Shown here: piece by piece, positions 31,162-43,536 of the stretch
Numbering within the stretch: position 1 is the stretch's first letter
Layout: every line of letters starts with the position of its first letter
Assembly: GCA_050298595.1 (NCBI GenBank)
Contig: JBNKUM010000008.1
Coordinates: 96,001 to 160,000, forward strand
From: Gammaproteobacteria bacterium
GTDB lineage: Bacteria > Pseudomonadota > Gammaproteobacteria > GCA-001735895
Reading direction: 5' to 3'
DNA: 64,000 nt
Notes under the pieces: model-generated
Database searches by the model: none
Seen by the model: only the letters and a program-made list of their open reading frames with translations
What the model was told of the DNA's origin: nothing
Translations under genes and position numbers: made by a program

Positions 31162-33110
31162 CCCAGTATCGCCCAACCCAGTAAAAGAATCAGACCTGTA
31201 ACCATAGCAAAGGCATAGTGGTTCAAATATCCGGTTTGTACGACACGGATAAAGCCAGAGAACCAGCCCACCAGTCGAGCACTACCGTTAACCACTAGAC
31301 CATCAATCAACATCCCATCGCCTACTCGCCACAACACAGTTCCCAGAACTTTACTGCCACCGGCAAATACGATTTCATTAAAGCGATCGAAGTAATATTT
31401 TTGATCCAGTAACTGATGCAAGGCTGACGCTCTGGTTTTAATATTTTCAGCAATCGAAGGCTGCTTCATGTAGATATACCAGGCCGAAAATACACCAGCA
31501 CCGGCAAGATAAATTGCCCACCCATGAAAGGCATGTAGAACGAATGAGAACTGTCCATGATAGTTTTCCTTCATCAACTCAACCATGTCATGCTCACGCA
31601 GTGTTAATAGTGCCTTCTCAAAGAAATCACCGAATACGATTGAATCAACCGTTAACCAGCCAATTATGGCGGATGGAATTGCCAGCAACACTAGTGGCAA
31701 CCAGACGACTGCTGATGGCTCGTGCAAATGATCTTTGGTGTGCTGATCCATACGCTCTTCTCCATGGAATACCAGAAAGAACATACGGAAAGAGTAAAAT
31801 GCTGTGATGAAAACACCCAGCAGAACCATCCAGTATGCGAAACCAGCTCCAGGAATCGTGGACTCATGAACCGCTTCGATAATTGCATCCTTGGAAAAAA
31901 AACCGGATGTTCCTGGAAAGCCGATCAAAGCCAGCGAACCGATTAATGATACCCAGTAAGTGATCGGGAGATATTTTTTCAGACCACCCATATTACGAAT
32001 ATCCTGCTCGTGATGCATAGCAATAATGACTGCACCCGCAGACAGGAATAACAGGGCTTTAAAGAATGCATGCGTCATCAGGTGGAAGATAGCGACTGAG
32101 TAAGCCGATGCTCCCAGTGCAACGGTCATATAGCCCAACTGAGACAGAGTGGAATAAGCCACCACGCGTTTAATATCGTTTTGCACGATACCAATCAATC
32201 CCATAAAGAAGGCAGTAATCGAACCGATGATCAATATGAATGAAAGTGCGACTTCAGACAGTTCAAATAATGGCGACATACGCGATACCATAAAGATACC
32301 GGCTGTAACCATGGTAGCGGCATGGATCAAAGCTGAGATAGGTGTTGGGCCTTCCATCGAATCAGGCAGCCACACGTGTAAAGGTACCTGAGCTGATTTA
32401 CCCATTGCACCGATAAATAGCAGGACGCAGGCTACTGTGATTACTGACCATGGATGGCCTTCAAAGATTTCTATAGTTTGACTCGATAGCTGTCCTGCCT
32501 GACCGAATACTTCGTAATAATCCAGTGATCCGGTGAACATCAAAACACAGGCGATTCCAAGCAGGAAGCCAAAGTCACCTACACGATTGACCAGAAATGC
32601 CTTCATATTTGCATAGATAGCAGTTTCCTTTTTATACCAGAAACCAATTAGCAGGTAAGACACCAGACCAACAGCTTCCCAGCCAAAGAACAACTGCATG
32701 AAGTTATTCGACATAACCAGCATCAGCATGGAGAAGGTAAACAGTGAAATGTAACTGAAAAAGCGCTGATAACCTGGGTCATCATGCATATAGCCGATGG
32801 TGTAGATATGTACCATCAGCGAGACAGCGGTAACCACGGTCATCATCAGTGCGGTCAGATTATCGATCAGAAAGCCGACTTCAAAACGGATGCCATCGCT
32901 TACCATCCAGGTATAAACCGCATGGTTGTAAATTTCGCCGCCATCTAAAACCAGGTCCTTAAGCACGACTACCGATAACACGAATGAAGTGGCCACGCCA
33001 ACTATGGTAACCCAATGTGCGCCTGCTCGACCAATCTGCTTACCGAAAAGCCCTGCAACTATGGCACCGAATAGAGAAGCCAGAGGAATTGCTAAATAAA
33101 GATTTTGCAT
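31158..33110 (-). CDS. nuoL: NADH-quinone oxidoreductase subunit L
   Basis: NRVGD, GKSAQVPLHVWLPDSMEGPTP, HAFFKALLF. Confidence 0.97.
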   Translation of the reverse strand: MQNLYLAIPLASLFGAIVAGLFGKQIGRAGAHWVTIVGVATSFVLSVVVLKDLVLDGGEIYNHAVYTWMVSDGIRFEVGFLIDNLTALMMTVVTAVSLMVHIYTIGYMHDDPGYQRFFSYISLFTFSMLMLVMSNNFMQLFFGWEAVGLVSYLLIGFWYKKETAIYANMKAFLVNRVGDFGFLLGIACVLMFTGSLDYYEVFGQAGQLSSQTIEIFEGHPWSVITVACVLLFIGAMGKSAQVPLHVWLPDSMEGPTPISALIHAATMVTAGIFMVSRMSPLFELSEVALSFILIIGSITAFFMGLIGIVQNDIKRVVAYSTLSQLGYMTVALGASAYSVAIFHLMTHAFFKALLFLSAGAVIIAMHHEQDIRNMGGLKKYLPITYWVSLIGSLALIGFPGTSGFFSKDAIIEAVHESTIPGAGFAYWMVLLGVFITAFYSFRMFFLVFHGEERMDQHTKDHLHEPSAVVWLPLVLLAIPSAIIGWLTVDSIVFGDFFEKALLTLREHDMVELMKENYHGQFSFVLHAFHGWAIYLAGAGVFSAWYIYMKQPSIAENIKTRASALHQLLDQKYYFDRFNEIVFAGGSKVLGTVLWRVGDGMLIDGLVVNGSARLVGWFSGFIRVVQTGYLNHYAFAMVTGLILLLGWAILG

Positions 33111-33114
33111 AGCT

Positions 33115-33423
33115 CTACCCCTTCATCTCGGTAATATCAGCAACATTGATGGATTGCCTGTTTCTAAACAGCACCACCAGTATCGCCAGACCTATTGCTG
33201 CTTCTGCAGCTGCAACGGTCAGGATAAAAAACACAAAAACCTGTCCGGCTAAATCATTCAGATAATGCGAGAAGGCAATAAAATTAAAATTAACCGAGAG
33301 CAGCATCAATTCAATCGACATCAGCAGGATAATAATGTTTTTCCGATTAATGATAATACCGGCAATGCTGATGCTAAACAGGATGGCAGCAAGTACCAGA
33401 TAATGGCTAAGTGATAAGGTCAT
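33115..33423 (-). CDS. nuoK: NADH-quinone oxidoreductase subunit K
   Basis: [19 protein letters not shown]. Confidence 0.97.
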   Translation of the reverse strand: MTLSLSHYLVLAAILFSISIAGIIINRKNIIILLMSIELMLLSVNFNFIAFSHYLNDLAGQVFVFFILTVAAAEAAIGLAILVVLFRNRQSINVADITEMKG

Positions 33424-34019
33424 TATTTTTCCGCCTCCATCTTGATCACGCGCAGACGATCTTCTTTACGAACCCTGATCTGCTCAGATGGATTTTGATA
33501 TTTGGTATCTGGTCGCTTACGCATGGTGAGTGCAATCGCGGCAATGATAGCCACCAGCAGAATTACCGCTGCTATTTCAAAGGCGAAAACATAATCGGTA
33601 TACAGCACTGCGCCCAATGCTTTGGTATTTGAATAATCAGCAGCTTTGGCAGCAGGTGCAGCCATGGCCTCCAATGAGAATTCATCGCCGGAGATAACAC
33701 TGTAAATCAGTCCAAACATGACCAGGGCCAAAGCGATTCCGACAGGTACAAACTTGATAAAGCCTTCACGCAGGCGTGCAATATTGATATCCAGCATCAT
33801 CACCACAAACAGGAACAACACCATTACCGCACCCACGTAAACCAGTACCAGAGTGATGGCAAGAAACTCAGCCTCCAGCAACATCCAGATAAAGGCACTA
33901 CTGAAAAAGGTAAGCACCAGTAACAATGCCGCATGAACAGGGTTACGCACCGTGATCATTGAAGTTGCTGCTATCACAGTGACTGCAGCGAAAAAATAAA
34001 AAACAAATGTTTCAATCAT
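33423..34019 (-). CDS. nuoJ: NADH-quinone oxidoreductase subunit J
   Basis: [23 protein letters not shown]. Confidence 0.97.
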   Translation of the reverse strand: MIETFVFYFFAAVTVIAATSMITVRNPVHAALLLVLTFFSSAFIWMLLEAEFLAITLVLVYVGAVMVLFLFVVMMLDINIARLREGFIKFVPVGIALALVMFGLIYSVISGDEFSLEAMAAPAAKAADYSNTKALGAVLYTDYVFAFEIAAVILLVAIIAAIALTMRKRPDTKYQNPSEQIRVRKEDRLRVIKMEAEK

Positions 34020-34045
34020 ATTAGTGATTCGCTCATTTTCCAGGT

Positions 34046-34537
34046 CTATCGGTATGGTGCGTCAGCTGCTTTATCAACAGCCAGTTGAGCTTCATAACGA
34101 TCACCAATTTCCAGAAGCTTTTGCTTGGTCATAATGTTTTCGCCACGGTTTTCAAAGTGATATTCGAATACATTGGTTTCTACAATAGAATCAACTGGAC
34201 AAGCTTCTTCGCAGAATCCGCAGTAAATACATTTGAAGAGATCGATATCGTAACGAGTCGTACGACGTGTTCCATCTTCGCGTTGCTCTGACTCAATGGT
34301 AATAGCCAGCGCAGGACATACCGCTTCGCACAACTTACAGGCGATACAACGTTCTTCACCATTTGCATAACGCCTTAATGCATGCAATCCACGGAAACGT
34401 GGGCTGAGTGGCGTTTTCTGCTCAGGATACTGAATGGTAAACTTCTTTTTAAAGAAATACCCACCGGTAACACTTAAGCCCTTTAGCAATTCCCAGAAGG
34501 TAAAGCTTTTGAGATAGTATTTAATTTGCTTAATCAT
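34046..34537 (-). CDS. nuoI: NADH-quinone oxidoreductase subunit I
   Basis: Two CxxCxxCxxxCP motifs ([24 protein letters not shown]). Confidence 0.98.
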   Translation of the reverse strand: MIKQIKYYLKSFTFWELLKGLSVTGGYFFKKKFTIQYPEQKTPLSPRFRGLHALRRYANGEERCIACKLCEAVCPALAITIESEQREDGTRRTTRYDIDLFKCIYCGFCEEACPVDSIVETNVFEYHFENRGENIMTKQKLLEIGDRYEAQLAVDKAADAPYR

Positions 34538-34549
34538 CTGTGCTTAACC

Positions 34550-35608
34550 TCACGCAAACCAGGGGCCGACTTTGTAATACACAAACACGCCTTCCACCAG
34601 CAGCCAAACTATGGTTACAGGAATAAGAACCTTCCAGCCCAGTCGCATAATCTGGTCATAGCGATAACGTGGAAAGGTAGCGCGGAACCACAGGAACAGA
34701 ATCATGAAGAAACCTGTTTTGAGGAATAACCACAGTACACTATCGCCCATCAGATCGGGGAATGGTGATAACCATCCGCCCATAAACATCAGTGCAGTCA
34801 GCATTGAGATTAAAATCATGTTGGCGTATTCAGCCAGAAAGAATACAGCAAAGGTCATACCCGAATATTCCACGTGGAAACCGGCAACGATTTCCGACTC
34901 ACCTTCCGCCACATCAAATGGTGCTCGATTGGTTTCCGCAAGACCGGCAATAAAATAAACCAGAAACAGAGGAAATAAAGGGATGATAAACCAGTTATAC
35001 ATACTCCCTGCCTGAGCATGCACGATTTCACCCAGATTCAGACTGCCACCAGCCATGAGCACACCAACCAGAGCAAAGCCCATGGCAATTTCGTAGGCAA
35101 CAATCTGTGCCGCTGAACGCATGGCACCGAGTAGTGCATATCTGGAGTTTGACCCCCAACCTGCAATGATTACCCCATAAACACCGAGAGAGGTCATCGC
35201 CAGTATATACAGCAGGCCGGCATTGATATTACTGAACACCAGCGTGTCATTAAAAGGTACCACAGCCCAGGCACCCATCGCAGGCGCGAAAGCCAGGATC
35301 GGTGCAATTACAAACAGGAAGGTATTTGAGTTCGTAGGCAGGATGATTTCCTTAAACATCAGCTTGAACATGTCAGCAAACGGCTGAAACAATCCTTTAG
35401 GACCAACGCGGTTAGGTCCAATACGAATCTGCATATAACCGATAATTTTACGTTCGGCCAGGGTGTAATAAGCCACCACAATAAACAACGGTATCAATAA
35501 CATTAACGCCAGAATCACATTAGAAATCAAATATTGAAACCAGTCAGGCCAGAAGTACTGCATCCACTCTGGCAACCAGGATACAAAAGTAGAAATGTAT
35601 TCGATCAT
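34550..35608 (-). CDS. nuoH: NADH-quinone oxidoreductase subunit H
   Basis: [32 protein letters not shown]. Confidence 0.98.
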   Translation of the reverse strand: MIEYISTFVSWLPEWMQYFWPDWFQYLISNVILALMLLIPLFIVVAYYTLAERKIIGYMQIRIGPNRVGPKGLFQPFADMFKLMFKEIILPTNSNTFLFVIAPILAFAPAMGAWAVVPFNDTLVFSNINAGLLYILAMTSLGVYGVIIAGWGSNSRYALLGAMRSAAQIVAYEIAMGFALVGVLMAGGSLNLGEIVHAQAGSMYNWFIIPLFPLFLVYFIAGLAETNRAPFDVAEGESEIVAGFHVEYSGMTFAVFFLAEYANMILISMLTALMFMGGWLSPFPDLMGDSVLWLFLKTGFFMILFLWFRATFPRYRYDQIMRLGWKVLIPVTIVWLLVEGVFVYYKVGPWFA

Positions 35609-37992
35609 GACACTTTCTCCACTTCGATGCTGCCATAGAATCCGCTCAGGTTCTCAACCGCTTTCACACCCATCGGTAACCAGGCACAGCCAACCGGGAC
35701 ATGTTCATCGATAACCAGAGATAGTACCGCAGTACCCTCTCCCTGTTTTATATGCACCTGCTCAGCACCCATCAGACCAGACTTTTCAGCCTGTGCACTA
35801 TTCATACGTAAGCAGTTTGCATCCTGAGTATTAACAGTAGCCTGTAAAGATGTTGAAGCTCGTACCATGGCATCAACGGCATAGATGGCTTTTTCAGACA
35901 CCCTCTGCAAACCGCGTGGACGAGTTGGCAACTTGGTATTACCTGCTTTGACGGATACAAAATTATCCAGATTTAATTCACGGCACTGTTCTTTCAGTTC
36001 ATTGCGTACAGCCGTTGAATCTGCATACTGATAGTTATCAGCAGGTAATAAAACCTGCGCCAGAGCAGTCAAAATTTTCCAGCCCTGACGCGACTCACCA
36101 GCGGCTTTTACGCAACCACTAAATGGCTGCCATAAACCTTCCACGTTGACAAAAGTGCCAGAGGTTTCCAGGAATGTAGCTAGCGGCAATACCAGATCAG
36201 CATGCTGGTCGATAAACTCATTGTTAAAGCTATCGATGCTAATAATAAAATCCTGTAGTTCGGCAATGCTTTTAAGCGACGGGCGATTACTGATATCCAG
36301 TGCAGGATCAATCCCCATCAACAACAATACTTTATGTGCCTGATGAACAATTTCTAAAGTATTTTGCCCGACAGTATCAGCAGCTACCCCTGCAGCCGTA
36401 CGATGAGGTAAAGCTCCGGCCAGACAGGCACCCGCAGAGTTTGCTGATTCGGATAAATAAGAGAGCGTTGATTTTGTCAGGCTTGCAATCTGTTCGGCCA
36501 GTTGCATCAACAGGCTAAAACGTGGATGAGCAACTGCCTGAAGTCCAACGATCACAGCAGATTGTTCACCATCAATCAAAGCCTTAGCGATAGCCTGATG
36601 TTTATCACTCACCTTGGCTTTTTCAGCGAGTGCAGAAAGACCATCCGGCAAGTCAGCTTTAGAGGTTTCGCATACAGCAAGTAAAACCGAGGCAAGATCA
36701 CTTAATTGCTGTTCAGCACTACCTGCAAGATCATTACTCAGATTAAAGTTATATTGCCCAGTTAGAGAACTGATGGAAGAAACATTCGCTGCATTCTTAA
36801 CCACAGCCTTGCGCAGACGATGATTCAATATAGGCTGTTCACGCCGCAGGTTGGCCCCGATTACTAAAGCACTGTTAAGCTGTTCTAATGATACCAGCGA
36901 ACGCCCTAGCCAGGGCATAACAGGTGCCTGAAATTGCACTGAGAAATCAACCTGATTTAGTCGGTGATCGATATTATTTGACCCCAGGCCTCTTACCAGT
37001 TTTTGCAGCAGATACTGCTCTTCCAGTGTGCATTGTGGGCTCACCAGCGCTGCCAGGTTGCCTTTTTGATTGGCAGCAGACTGTAATTTTTCAATTGCCA
37101 GATTAAGCGCAGTTTCCCAGTCAGTGTCGACCAGTTTACCGTTTTGACGTATCTTTGGTGTCAGCAGGCGAGTACCGGCATTGACTGAGCTATAGCTAAA
37201 ACGATCACGATCAGAGATCCATGATTCATTGATAGCTTCATTATCCTTTGGTACTACACGCATAACCTTCTGGTTACGTGTATGCACATAAATATTAGAC
37301 CCCACGCAATCATGAGCGGCTATAGAAGCATGTTGCATCAATTCCCAGGGGCGTGCTGTATAACGCGATGGCCTGGCAGTTAACGCGCCCACCGGACAGA
37401 GATCTATCACATTGCCAGAGAGTTCAGAGGAAACCGACTTTTCAATATAGGTACCGATTTCAGTAGATTCACCACGTCCGGTAGCACCCAGTTCGGGTAG
37501 ACCAGCAATCTCTTCTCCAAAACGTACGCAACGTGTACAAAGGATGCAACGGGTGAAATCGGTAGCGATCAGCGGGCCAATATTCTTGTCACACACCACA
37601 CGCTTTTGCTCTGTGTATTGTGAAACATCACCACCGAAGCCCATCGCGACATCCTGCAGTTCACACTCACCACCCTGATCGCAAATTGGGCAATCCAGTG
37701 GATGATTGATGAGTAAAAACTCCATTGTCGATTTCTGTGCAGCGATAGACTTGCTTGATTTCGTTCTGACAACCATACCATCCTGCACCGGTGTCGCACA
37801 GGCAGGCATCGGCTTTGGCGCCTTTTCAACTTCGACCAGACACATCCGACAATTTGCCGCTACCGAGAGTTTTTTGTGGTAACAAAAACGCGGTATGCTG
37901 ATATTGTTTGCGTCGGCCACATCAATCAGCATTTGTCCCGGTTTAACTTCCAGTTGCTGATCATTAATGGTGATAGTGATTGTTTCGCTCAT
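35605..37992 (-). CDS. nuoG: NADH-quinone oxidoreductase subunit G
   Basis: [41 protein letters not shown]; ATG 37992 preferred over the track start. Confidence 0.97.
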   Translation of the reverse strand: MSETITITINDQQLEVKPGQMLIDVADANNISIPRFCYHKKLSVAANCRMCLVEVEKAPKPMPACATPVQDGMVVRTKSSKSIAAQKSTMEFLLINHPLDCPICDQGGECELQDVAMGFGGDVSQYTEQKRVVCDKNIGPLIATDFTRCILCTRCVRFGEEIAGLPELGATGRGESTEIGTYIEKSVSSELSGNVIDLCPVGALTARPSRYTARPWELMQHASIAAHDCVGSNIYVHTRNQKVMRVVPKDNEAINESWISDRDRFSYSSVNAGTRLLTPKIRQNGKLVDTDWETALNLAIEKLQSAANQKGNLAALVSPQCTLEEQYLLQKLVRGLGSNNIDHRLNQVDFSVQFQAPVMPWLGRSLVSLEQLNSALVIGANLRREQPILNHRLRKAVVKNAANVSSISSLTGQYNFNLSNDLAGSAEQQLSDLASVLLAVCETSKADLPDGLSALAEKAKVSDKHQAIAKALIDGEQSAVIVGLQAVAHPRFSLLMQLAEQIASLTKSTLSYLSESANSAGACLAGALPHRTAAGVAADTVGQNTLEIVHQAHKVLLLMGIDPALDISNRPSLKSIAELQDFIISIDSFNNEFIDQHADLVLPLATFLETSGTFVNVEGLWQPFSGCVKAAGESRQGWKILTALAQVLLPADNYQYADSTAVRNELKEQCRELNLDNFVSVKAGNTKLPTRPRGLQRVSEKAIYAVDAMVRASTSLQATVNTQDANCLRMNSAQAEKSGLMGAEQVHIKQGEGTAVLSLVIDEHVPVGCAWLPMGVKAVENLSGFYGSIEVEKVS

Positions 37993-38006
37993 ATCTGGGA
38001 TAACCT

Positions 38007-39308
38007 TTACGCCGCCCATACAGGTGATGGTTCGGACGGCTCAACCATTGAACGCTTATGTTCAATGTAGTATTCAAATTCGTGCCGAAAATGTTTGATA
38101 AAACTCCATACTGGCATCGCTGCTGCGTCACCCAGGGCACAGATTGTGCGCCCTTCTATCTTGTGAGAAACCTCTTCCAGCATCACGATATCTTCAGGAC
38201 GTCCCTTCCCTTCAACGATTCGGGTTAATACTCTATACAGCCAGCCGGTGCCTTCACGACAAGGGGTACATTGGCCACAGGATTCAGAAAAGTAAAAGCG
38301 CGAAATACGACGTAATGCCTTCACCATATCGGTAGTTTCATCCATTACGATAACGGCGCCAGAGCCCAGCATTGAACCAGCCCTGGAAATAGAATCATAA
38401 TCCATGGTGCATTCCAGCATGATCTCACCCGGCAACACGGGTACCGAAGATCCACCGGGAATAACCGCTTTAAGCTGGCGCCCATCTTTCACACCACCAG
38501 CCATAGCCAGCAGGTCTTTAAAAGGCGTACCCATATTGATTTCGAAATTACCTGGATTATTCAGGTGTCCCGACATGGAAAATAATTTAACCCCACCATT
38601 ATTTGGGATACCCAGATCAGCAAACCATTGTCCACCATTTCTGATGATTGAAGGTACCGATGCCAGTGACTCGGTATTATTAATAGTGGTCGGTTTACCG
38701 TATAAACCAAAATTTGCAGGAAACGGAGGCTTGAATCTTGGCTGACCTTTTTTGCCTTCCAGAGATTCTAATAGTGCAGTTTCTTCACCGCAGATATAGG
38801 CGCCAGCACCCAGTGTTGGGTAAAGATCAAAATCCACACCACTACCTAGAATATTTTTACCTAAAAAGCCCTGCTCGTAAGCTTCTTTTACTGCCTGATC
38901 AAAACGCATATAAGGTTCATCCATAAACTCGCCGCGCATATAGTTATACCCTACTGTGGCACCTATACAGTAGCCAGCAATCATCATCCCTTCTACCAGC
39001 GCATGCGGATTAAAACGCAGGATATCTCTATCCTTACAGGTACCGGGCTCCGATTCATCAGAATTACACACTACATATTTCTGCCCTGGGGCAGTACGCG
39101 GCATAAAGCTCCACTTCAGTCCTGTGGGGAATCCTGCACCACCACGACCACGTAAGCCGGAGGCTTTTACTTCAGCAATCAAATCATCAGGAGAGATTTT
39201 TTCTTTTAAAATCTTTTTCAGTGATTCATAACCGCCAACCTTCAGATAATTTTCCAGAGTCCAGGGTTGGTCAAATTGCAGGGTTGCAAAACAGACTTCG
39301 TTCGCCAT
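38007..39308 (-). CDS. nuoF: NADH-quinone oxidoreductase subunit F
   Basis: [34 protein letters not shown]. Confidence 0.98.
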   Translation of the reverse strand: MANEVCFATLQFDQPWTLENYLKVGGYESLKKILKEKISPDDLIAEVKASGLRGRGGAGFPTGLKWSFMPRTAPGQKYVVCNSDESEPGTCKDRDILRFNPHALVEGMMIAGYCIGATVGYNYMRGEFMDEPYMRFDQAVKEAYEQGFLGKNILGSGVDFDLYPTLGAGAYICGEETALLESLEGKKGQPRFKPPFPANFGLYGKPTTINNTESLASVPSIIRNGGQWFADLGIPNNGGVKLFSMSGHLNNPGNFEINMGTPFKDLLAMAGGVKDGRQLKAVIPGGSSVPVLPGEIMLECTMDYDSISRAGSMLGSGAVIVMDETTDMVKALRRISRFYFSESCGQCTPCREGTGWLYRVLTRIVEGKGRPEDIVMLEEVSHKIEGRTICALGDAAAMPVWSFIKHFRHEFEYYIEHKRSMVEPSEPSPVWAA

Positions 39309-39324
39309 GATTATTTAATCTCCC

Positions 39325-39825
39325 TCATTCCAGACCATCCAGAATTTCGTCAATTTTCTCAGGCGTCAATTTCTCGTGATAAACATGATCAACCTGCATC
39401 ATCGGTCCCGCTGCACAGGCAGCCAGACATTCTTCTTCCGGTTTTAGAAAGATGCGACCATCTTCAGTGCTCTCTCCAACCTTGATACCCAGCTTTCTCT
39501 CAACATAACTCACCACGCTATCAGACCCCATCAGCATGCAGGATATATTGGTACAGATAGCCACGTTATGACGCGCAACCGGTTTGGTTTCGAACATGGA
39601 GTAAAAGGTAGCAACCTCATACACCTGAATTTTTGGTAGATCCAGATAGTCAGCAACTGCATCCATTAACTCTGTAGTCAGGAAGCCTTCGTTTTGATGC
39701 TGAACTGCACGCAAGGCAGCCAGCACTGCGGAACGTTTTTTATCTTCTGGGTATTTCTTCAACCAGCTATCGATCTCATGACGAGTGTGATCAGATAGCA
39801 GTTGTGTAGTGTTTGCTTCAGTCAT
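39325..39825 (-). CDS. nuoE: NADH-quinone oxidoreductase subunit E
   Basis: VATFYSMF, CTNISC, ECLAAC. Confidence 0.97.
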   Translation of the reverse strand: MTEANTTQLLSDHTRHEIDSWLKKYPEDKKRSAVLAALRAVQHQNEGFLTTELMDAVADYLDLPKIQVYEVATFYSMFETKPVARHNVAICTNISCMLMGSDSVVSYVERKLGIKVGESTEDGRIFLKPEEECLAACAAGPMMQVDHVYHEKLTPEKIDEILDGLE

Positions 39826-41078
39826 TATCGGTCTATCTCGCCAAAAACTATATCCTGGGTACCGATGATGGCAACCACATCTGCCAGCATATGACCTGTT
39901 GCCATTTCATTCATGCTGGACAGGTGCGCAAAACCTGGCGCACGGACTTTTAAACGGTAAGGTTTATTGCTGCCATCCGAAACCAGAAAACAGCCAAACT
40001 CGCCTTTGGGGTGTTCAACTGCTGTATATACCTCACCAGCAGGCAGGGTGTAACCCTCGGTAAATAATTTGAAGTGATGAATCAATCCTTCCATATCGGC
40101 CTTTAATTCTTCACGACGTGGAGGGGCAACCTTATGATTTTCAGACATTACGATACCAGGATTTGCTTTCAGCCAGTCCACACATTGCTTGATGATGCGG
40201 TTGGACTGTCGTAACTCTTCCATACGTACAAGATAGCGGTCATAACAATCACCATTGGTGCCAACCGGGATATCAAAATCCATTCTGTCGTAGACTTCAT
40301 AGGGCTGCTTTTTACGCAAGTCCCAGGCCACGCCGGAACCACGTAGCATTGGGCCGGTAAAGCCTAATTGATAAGCACGTTCTTCAGAAACTACACCTAT
40401 ACCGACTGTACGCTGCTTCCAGATACGGTTATCGGTCAACAGGGTTTCGTACTCATCTACATAGCCTGGAAAACGACTACAGAAATCGTCGATAAAATCC
40501 AGCATAGTCGACTGACGGTTTTCATTCAGACGATCAGCATCCTTCTGGCTACGCCACTGTGTCACCTGATACTGAGGCATATAGTCGGGTAGATCACGAG
40601 AAACACCACCAGGACGATAATAACCTGCGTGCATACGGGCACCAGATACGGCTTCGTATAAATCCATCAAGTCTTCGCGTTCACGGAAAGCGTACAGGAA
40701 CATGGTCATTGCACCCACGTCCAGTGCATGGGTTCCAATCCACATCAGGTGATTCAGAATTCTGGTGATTTCATCAAACATCACACGAATATATTGCGCA
40801 CGAATTGGCACTTCGAGTTGCAACAGCTTCTCTATCGCCATCACATAGCCATGTTCATTACACATCATGGATACATAATCCAGGCGATCCATATAACCGA
40901 TAGACTGGTTGTAAGGCTTGGATTCCGCCAGTTTTTCTGTTGCGCGATGTAATAGTCCAATATGCGGATCAGCGCGTTCAATCACTTCACCATCCATTTC
41001 AAGCACCAGGCGCAATACGCCATGTGCTGCAGGATGCTGCGGTCCAAAGTTCAGGGTGTAATTCTTAATTTCAGGCAT
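39825..41078 (-). CDS. nuoD: NADH-quinone oxidoreductase subunit D
   Basis: [28 protein letters not shown]. Confidence 0.98.
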   Translation of the reverse strand: MPEIKNYTLNFGPQHPAAHGVLRLVLEMDGEVIERADPHIGLLHRATEKLAESKPYNQSIGYMDRLDYVSMMCNEHGYVMAIEKLLQLEVPIRAQYIRVMFDEITRILNHLMWIGTHALDVGAMTMFLYAFREREDLMDLYEAVSGARMHAGYYRPGGVSRDLPDYMPQYQVTQWRSQKDADRLNENRQSTMLDFIDDFCSRFPGYVDEYETLLTDNRIWKQRTVGIGVVSEERAYQLGFTGPMLRGSGVAWDLRKKQPYEVYDRMDFDIPVGTNGDCYDRYLVRMEELRQSNRIIKQCVDWLKANPGIVMSENHKVAPPRREELKADMEGLIHHFKLFTEGYTLPAGEVYTAVEHPKGEFGCFLVSDGSNKPYRLKVRAPGFAHLSSMNEMATGHMLADVVAIIGTQDIVFGEIDR

Positions 41079-41794
41079 TATTCCGCCACCTCTTCTGCAC
41101 CATCCAGGTAACGATGATCTTCACGTTTGACACGCGGTACCAGAACTCGAGGATCGATAGAAACCGGTTCGTAAATAACACGTTTCTGTTGTGGGTCGTA
41201 GCGCATCTCAACATGCCCCACCAGAGGAAAGTCTTTTCTAAATGGGTGACCGACAAATCCGTAGTCAGTGAGAATACGCCTTAAATCAGGATGATCGGAG
41301 TATAAAATACCAAACAGATCAAACGCTTCACGCTCATACCAGTCGGCTGATTTCCATACCTCAATAACAGATGGGATAACCGGTAAATTATTATTCTCGG
41401 CGAAGACCTTAACCCTTAAGCGGCGGTTGTTGACATAGGACATCAATTGCATAACTGATGCATAACGCGGCTTATCGGGTTCATCTACTGCCAGCTCATC
41501 ACCAAATACCAGACGCCCCATACTGGCCGACTCAACACCCCGACTAAAACCGGTTGAACTGGACGCATCGGTTTCCCATTCACCTTTACCGTACTGTGAA
41601 TAATCTACACCACACAGGTCAATCAGTTGCTGGTAGGCAAATTCAGGATTATCACGTAAATCCATACAGACAGCGATCAAGTTTTCTGCCGTAACTTCGA
41701 GACAGATCTCATTGAAAGCAAGGGTTAGCTGCTGGACTTTATCGCCGAAATGTTTCTGCAAATCATCGGCATGTTGCTGTAAGGAACCTGACAT
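41078..41794 (-). CDS. nuoC: NADH-quinone oxidoreductase subunit C
   Basis: [35 protein letters not shown]. Confidence 0.97.
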   Translation of the reverse strand: MSGSLQQHADDLQKHFGDKVQQLTLAFNEICLEVTAENLIAVCMDLRDNPEFAYQQLIDLCGVDYSQYGKGEWETDASSSTGFSRGVESASMGRLVFGDELAVDEPDKPRYASVMQLMSYVNNRRLRVKVFAENNNLPVIPSVIEVWKSADWYEREAFDLFGILYSDHPDLRRILTDYGFVGHPFRKDFPLVGHVEMRYDPQQKRVIYEPVSIDPRVLVPRVKREDHRYLDGAEEVAE

Positions 41795-41795
41795 A

Positions 41796-42272
41796 TTAAC
41801 GCGCTATGGTATTGGTACGTTTAATCTTGTTCTGCAATTGCAGGATGCCGTATAACAATGCCTCAGCTGTCGGAGGACAACCCGGCACATAAATATCGAC
41901 GGGTACTACCCGGTCACAACCGCGTACTACCGAATAGGAATAATGATAGTAACCACCACCATTGGCACAGGAGCCCATAGAGATCACCCAGCGAGGTTCT
42001 GCCATCTGGTCGTACACCTTGCGTAGTGCTGGTGCCATTTTATTAACCAGAGTACCAGCAACAATCATCACATCGGACTGGCGAGGACTTGGGCGAAAGA
42101 GAATTCCAAAACGATCAAGATCATAACGCGAGGCACCCGCCTGCATCATCTCTACGGCACAACAGGCAAGACCAAAGGTCATTGGCCACATCGAGCCAGT
42201 ACGAGCCCAGTTGATTAATTTATCAGCAGTAGTGGTAACAAAACCCTGCTCGAATACACCTTCTATTCCCAT
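41796..42272 (-). CDS. nuoB: NADH-quinone oxidoreductase subunit B
   Basis: [22 protein letters not shown]; ATG 42272. Confidence 0.98.
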   Translation of the reverse strand: MGIEGVFEQGFVTTTADKLINWARTGSMWPMTFGLACCAVEMMQAGASRYDLDRFGILFRPSPRQSDVMIVAGTLVNKMAPALRKVYDQMAEPRWVISMGSCANGGGYYHYSYSVVRGCDRVVPVDIYVPGCPPTAEALLYGILQLQNKIKRTNTIAR

Positions 42273-42619
42273 TCCAGAGCTCCCTTTTTCCATTCATATA
42301 TAAAACCTATAACCAGTACACCCAGGAAAATACCCATGGCAAAAAGCCCAAAGTTACCAATCTGGTCGAGCACTATGGCCCATGGAAACAGGAAAGCAAT
42401 TTCAAGATCGAAAATAATAAAAAGAATAGCGACAAGATAATAACGCACATCAAACTTCATACGTGAATCTTCGAAGGCTTCAAAGCCGCATTCGTAGGGG
42501 GAATTTTTTTCAGCATCTGGGCGTGAAGGACCGAGCAATTTACCCAGCACGATGAATGCCGTACCCATCACAGAGGTAATCGTCAGGAAAATAAGAATCG
42601 GTAAATAATTACCTAACAT
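42263..42619 (-). CDS. nuoA: NADH-quinone oxidoreductase subunit A
   Basis: [23 protein letters not shown]; 118 aa from ATG 42619. Confidence 0.97.
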   Translation of the reverse strand: MLGNYLPILIFLTITSVMGTAFIVLGKLLGPSRPDAEKNSPYECGFEAFEDSRMKFDVRYYLVAILFIIFDLEIAFLFPWAIVLDQIGNFGLFAMGIFLGVLVIGFIYEWKKGALEWE

Positions 42620-42812
42620 GTGGTGTTTACCCTCTGCGTTTGATTTGGATTTATTATATTGTCTGTAGCAGGCAGCGAGTCTATTGCGCTCTGGATTCAG
42701 AGTCAAGAGCGAGGAGAATATTGATTCGTTATATAAGAATAATTGAAATCAAATAACCTAAGTTAATGGTGAATTAACTTCCAATCTGATAAATGTGAAT
42801 TTATTCAATACT

Positions 42813-42840
42813 AAAAAAGGCCGACATAAAGTCGACCTTT
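42813..42840 (-). terminator. Intrinsic terminator downstream of tRNA-Leu and its duplicated 3' end
   Basis: Minus strand AAGGTCGAC-TTTAT-GTCGGCCTT-TTTT. Confidence 0.75.
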
Positions 42841-42844
42841 GTTT

Positions 42845-42962
42845 TATGGTGCCGATGGCCGGACAAAACCGTCTGGAACGGTTTTGAATTGCGAGCCTGC
42901 AAGCAACCCGCAGGGCTGACCCCAAGGATGGAGTCTGTATTCAAACCGGAGCCGGTTCGACT
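42845..42962 (-). repeat. Duplicated tRNA-Leu 3' end with a 76-bp structured insert in the T-loop
   Basis: 19-bp direct repeat TATGGTGCCGATGGCCGGA at 42845-42863 and 43014-43032; T-arm copy resumes at 42940-42949. Confidence 0.8.
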
Positions 42963-43015
42963 AGCTGAAGTTGGTGCGATCAATAACGCAGCCAATGCAT
43001 TTCAGTCATTTAATA

Positions 43016-43101
43016 TGGTGCCGATGGCCGGAGTCGAACCGGCACAGCCTTAGGCCACTACCCCCTCAAGATAGCGTGTCTACCAATTCCACCACATCGG
43101 C
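43016..43101 (-). tRNA. leuU: tRNA-Leu (GAG)
   Basis: 86 nt GCCGATGTGGTGGAATTGGTAGACACG...CTATC-TTGAGGG-GGTAG, long variable arm, GGTTCGACTCC, CCA; canonical position after secG. Confidence 0.96.
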
Positions 43102-43111
43102 TTGTATATTA

Positions 43112-43516
43112 TTACTCTGAAGGAGGCAGATCTGTTTGAGCTGGCGCAGTGTCAGCAGCCGGATCTTCAACCGTAGGAGGTAAATCTGTGGTTGCCTCAG
43201 TCTGTTCCATCATGGGAGCAACCTGTTCAACAGCCTGAGTTTCTACGATGGAGTCAACCAGACTAGTCGGACCTTCTCGATGGCTAGACATATAAGCCAG
43301 AGCAAGGCAGGTCAGAAAAAATAATGTCGCCAGAATCGCCGTGCTTTTGGTCAGAAAATTTCCTGAGCCTTTTGCACCGAAAACAGTCGCTGATGCACCA
43401 CTACCAAACGCAGCACCGGCATCAGCACCCTTACCATGCTGTAACAGAATAAGGGCAATTAATGAAACAGATAACAATACCTGCGCGATTAGTAATAAAG
43501 CATTTAAGTTTTGCAT
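43112..43516 (-). CDS. secG: Preprotein translocase subunit SecG
   Basis: LLQHGKGADAGAAFGSGAS.TVFG. Confidence 0.97.
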   Translation of the reverse strand: MQNLNALLLIAQVLLSVSLIALILLQHGKGADAGAAFGSGASATVFGAKGSGNFLTKSTAILATLFFLTCLALAYMSSHREGPTSLVDSIVETQAVEQVAPMMEQTEATTDLPPTVEDPAADTAPAQTDLPPSE

Positions 43517-43536
43517 AAAACTCTCAAATTAAACAA

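Noticed and set aside
42620-42706. N-terminal extensions of NuoA (likewise NuoB, NuoG, NuoM) in the ORF track
   Set aside because: Artefacts of longest-ORF start choice; internal ATGs give canonical lengths
42801-42995. 64-aa ORF downstream of tRNA-Leu
   Set aside because: Runs through the tRNA-derived repeat and terminator; TTG start, no coding character
42864-43013. Intact genomic island at tRNA-Leu
   Set aside because: Only ~150 bp between the repeats and no integrase; reported as a scar or mini-element instead
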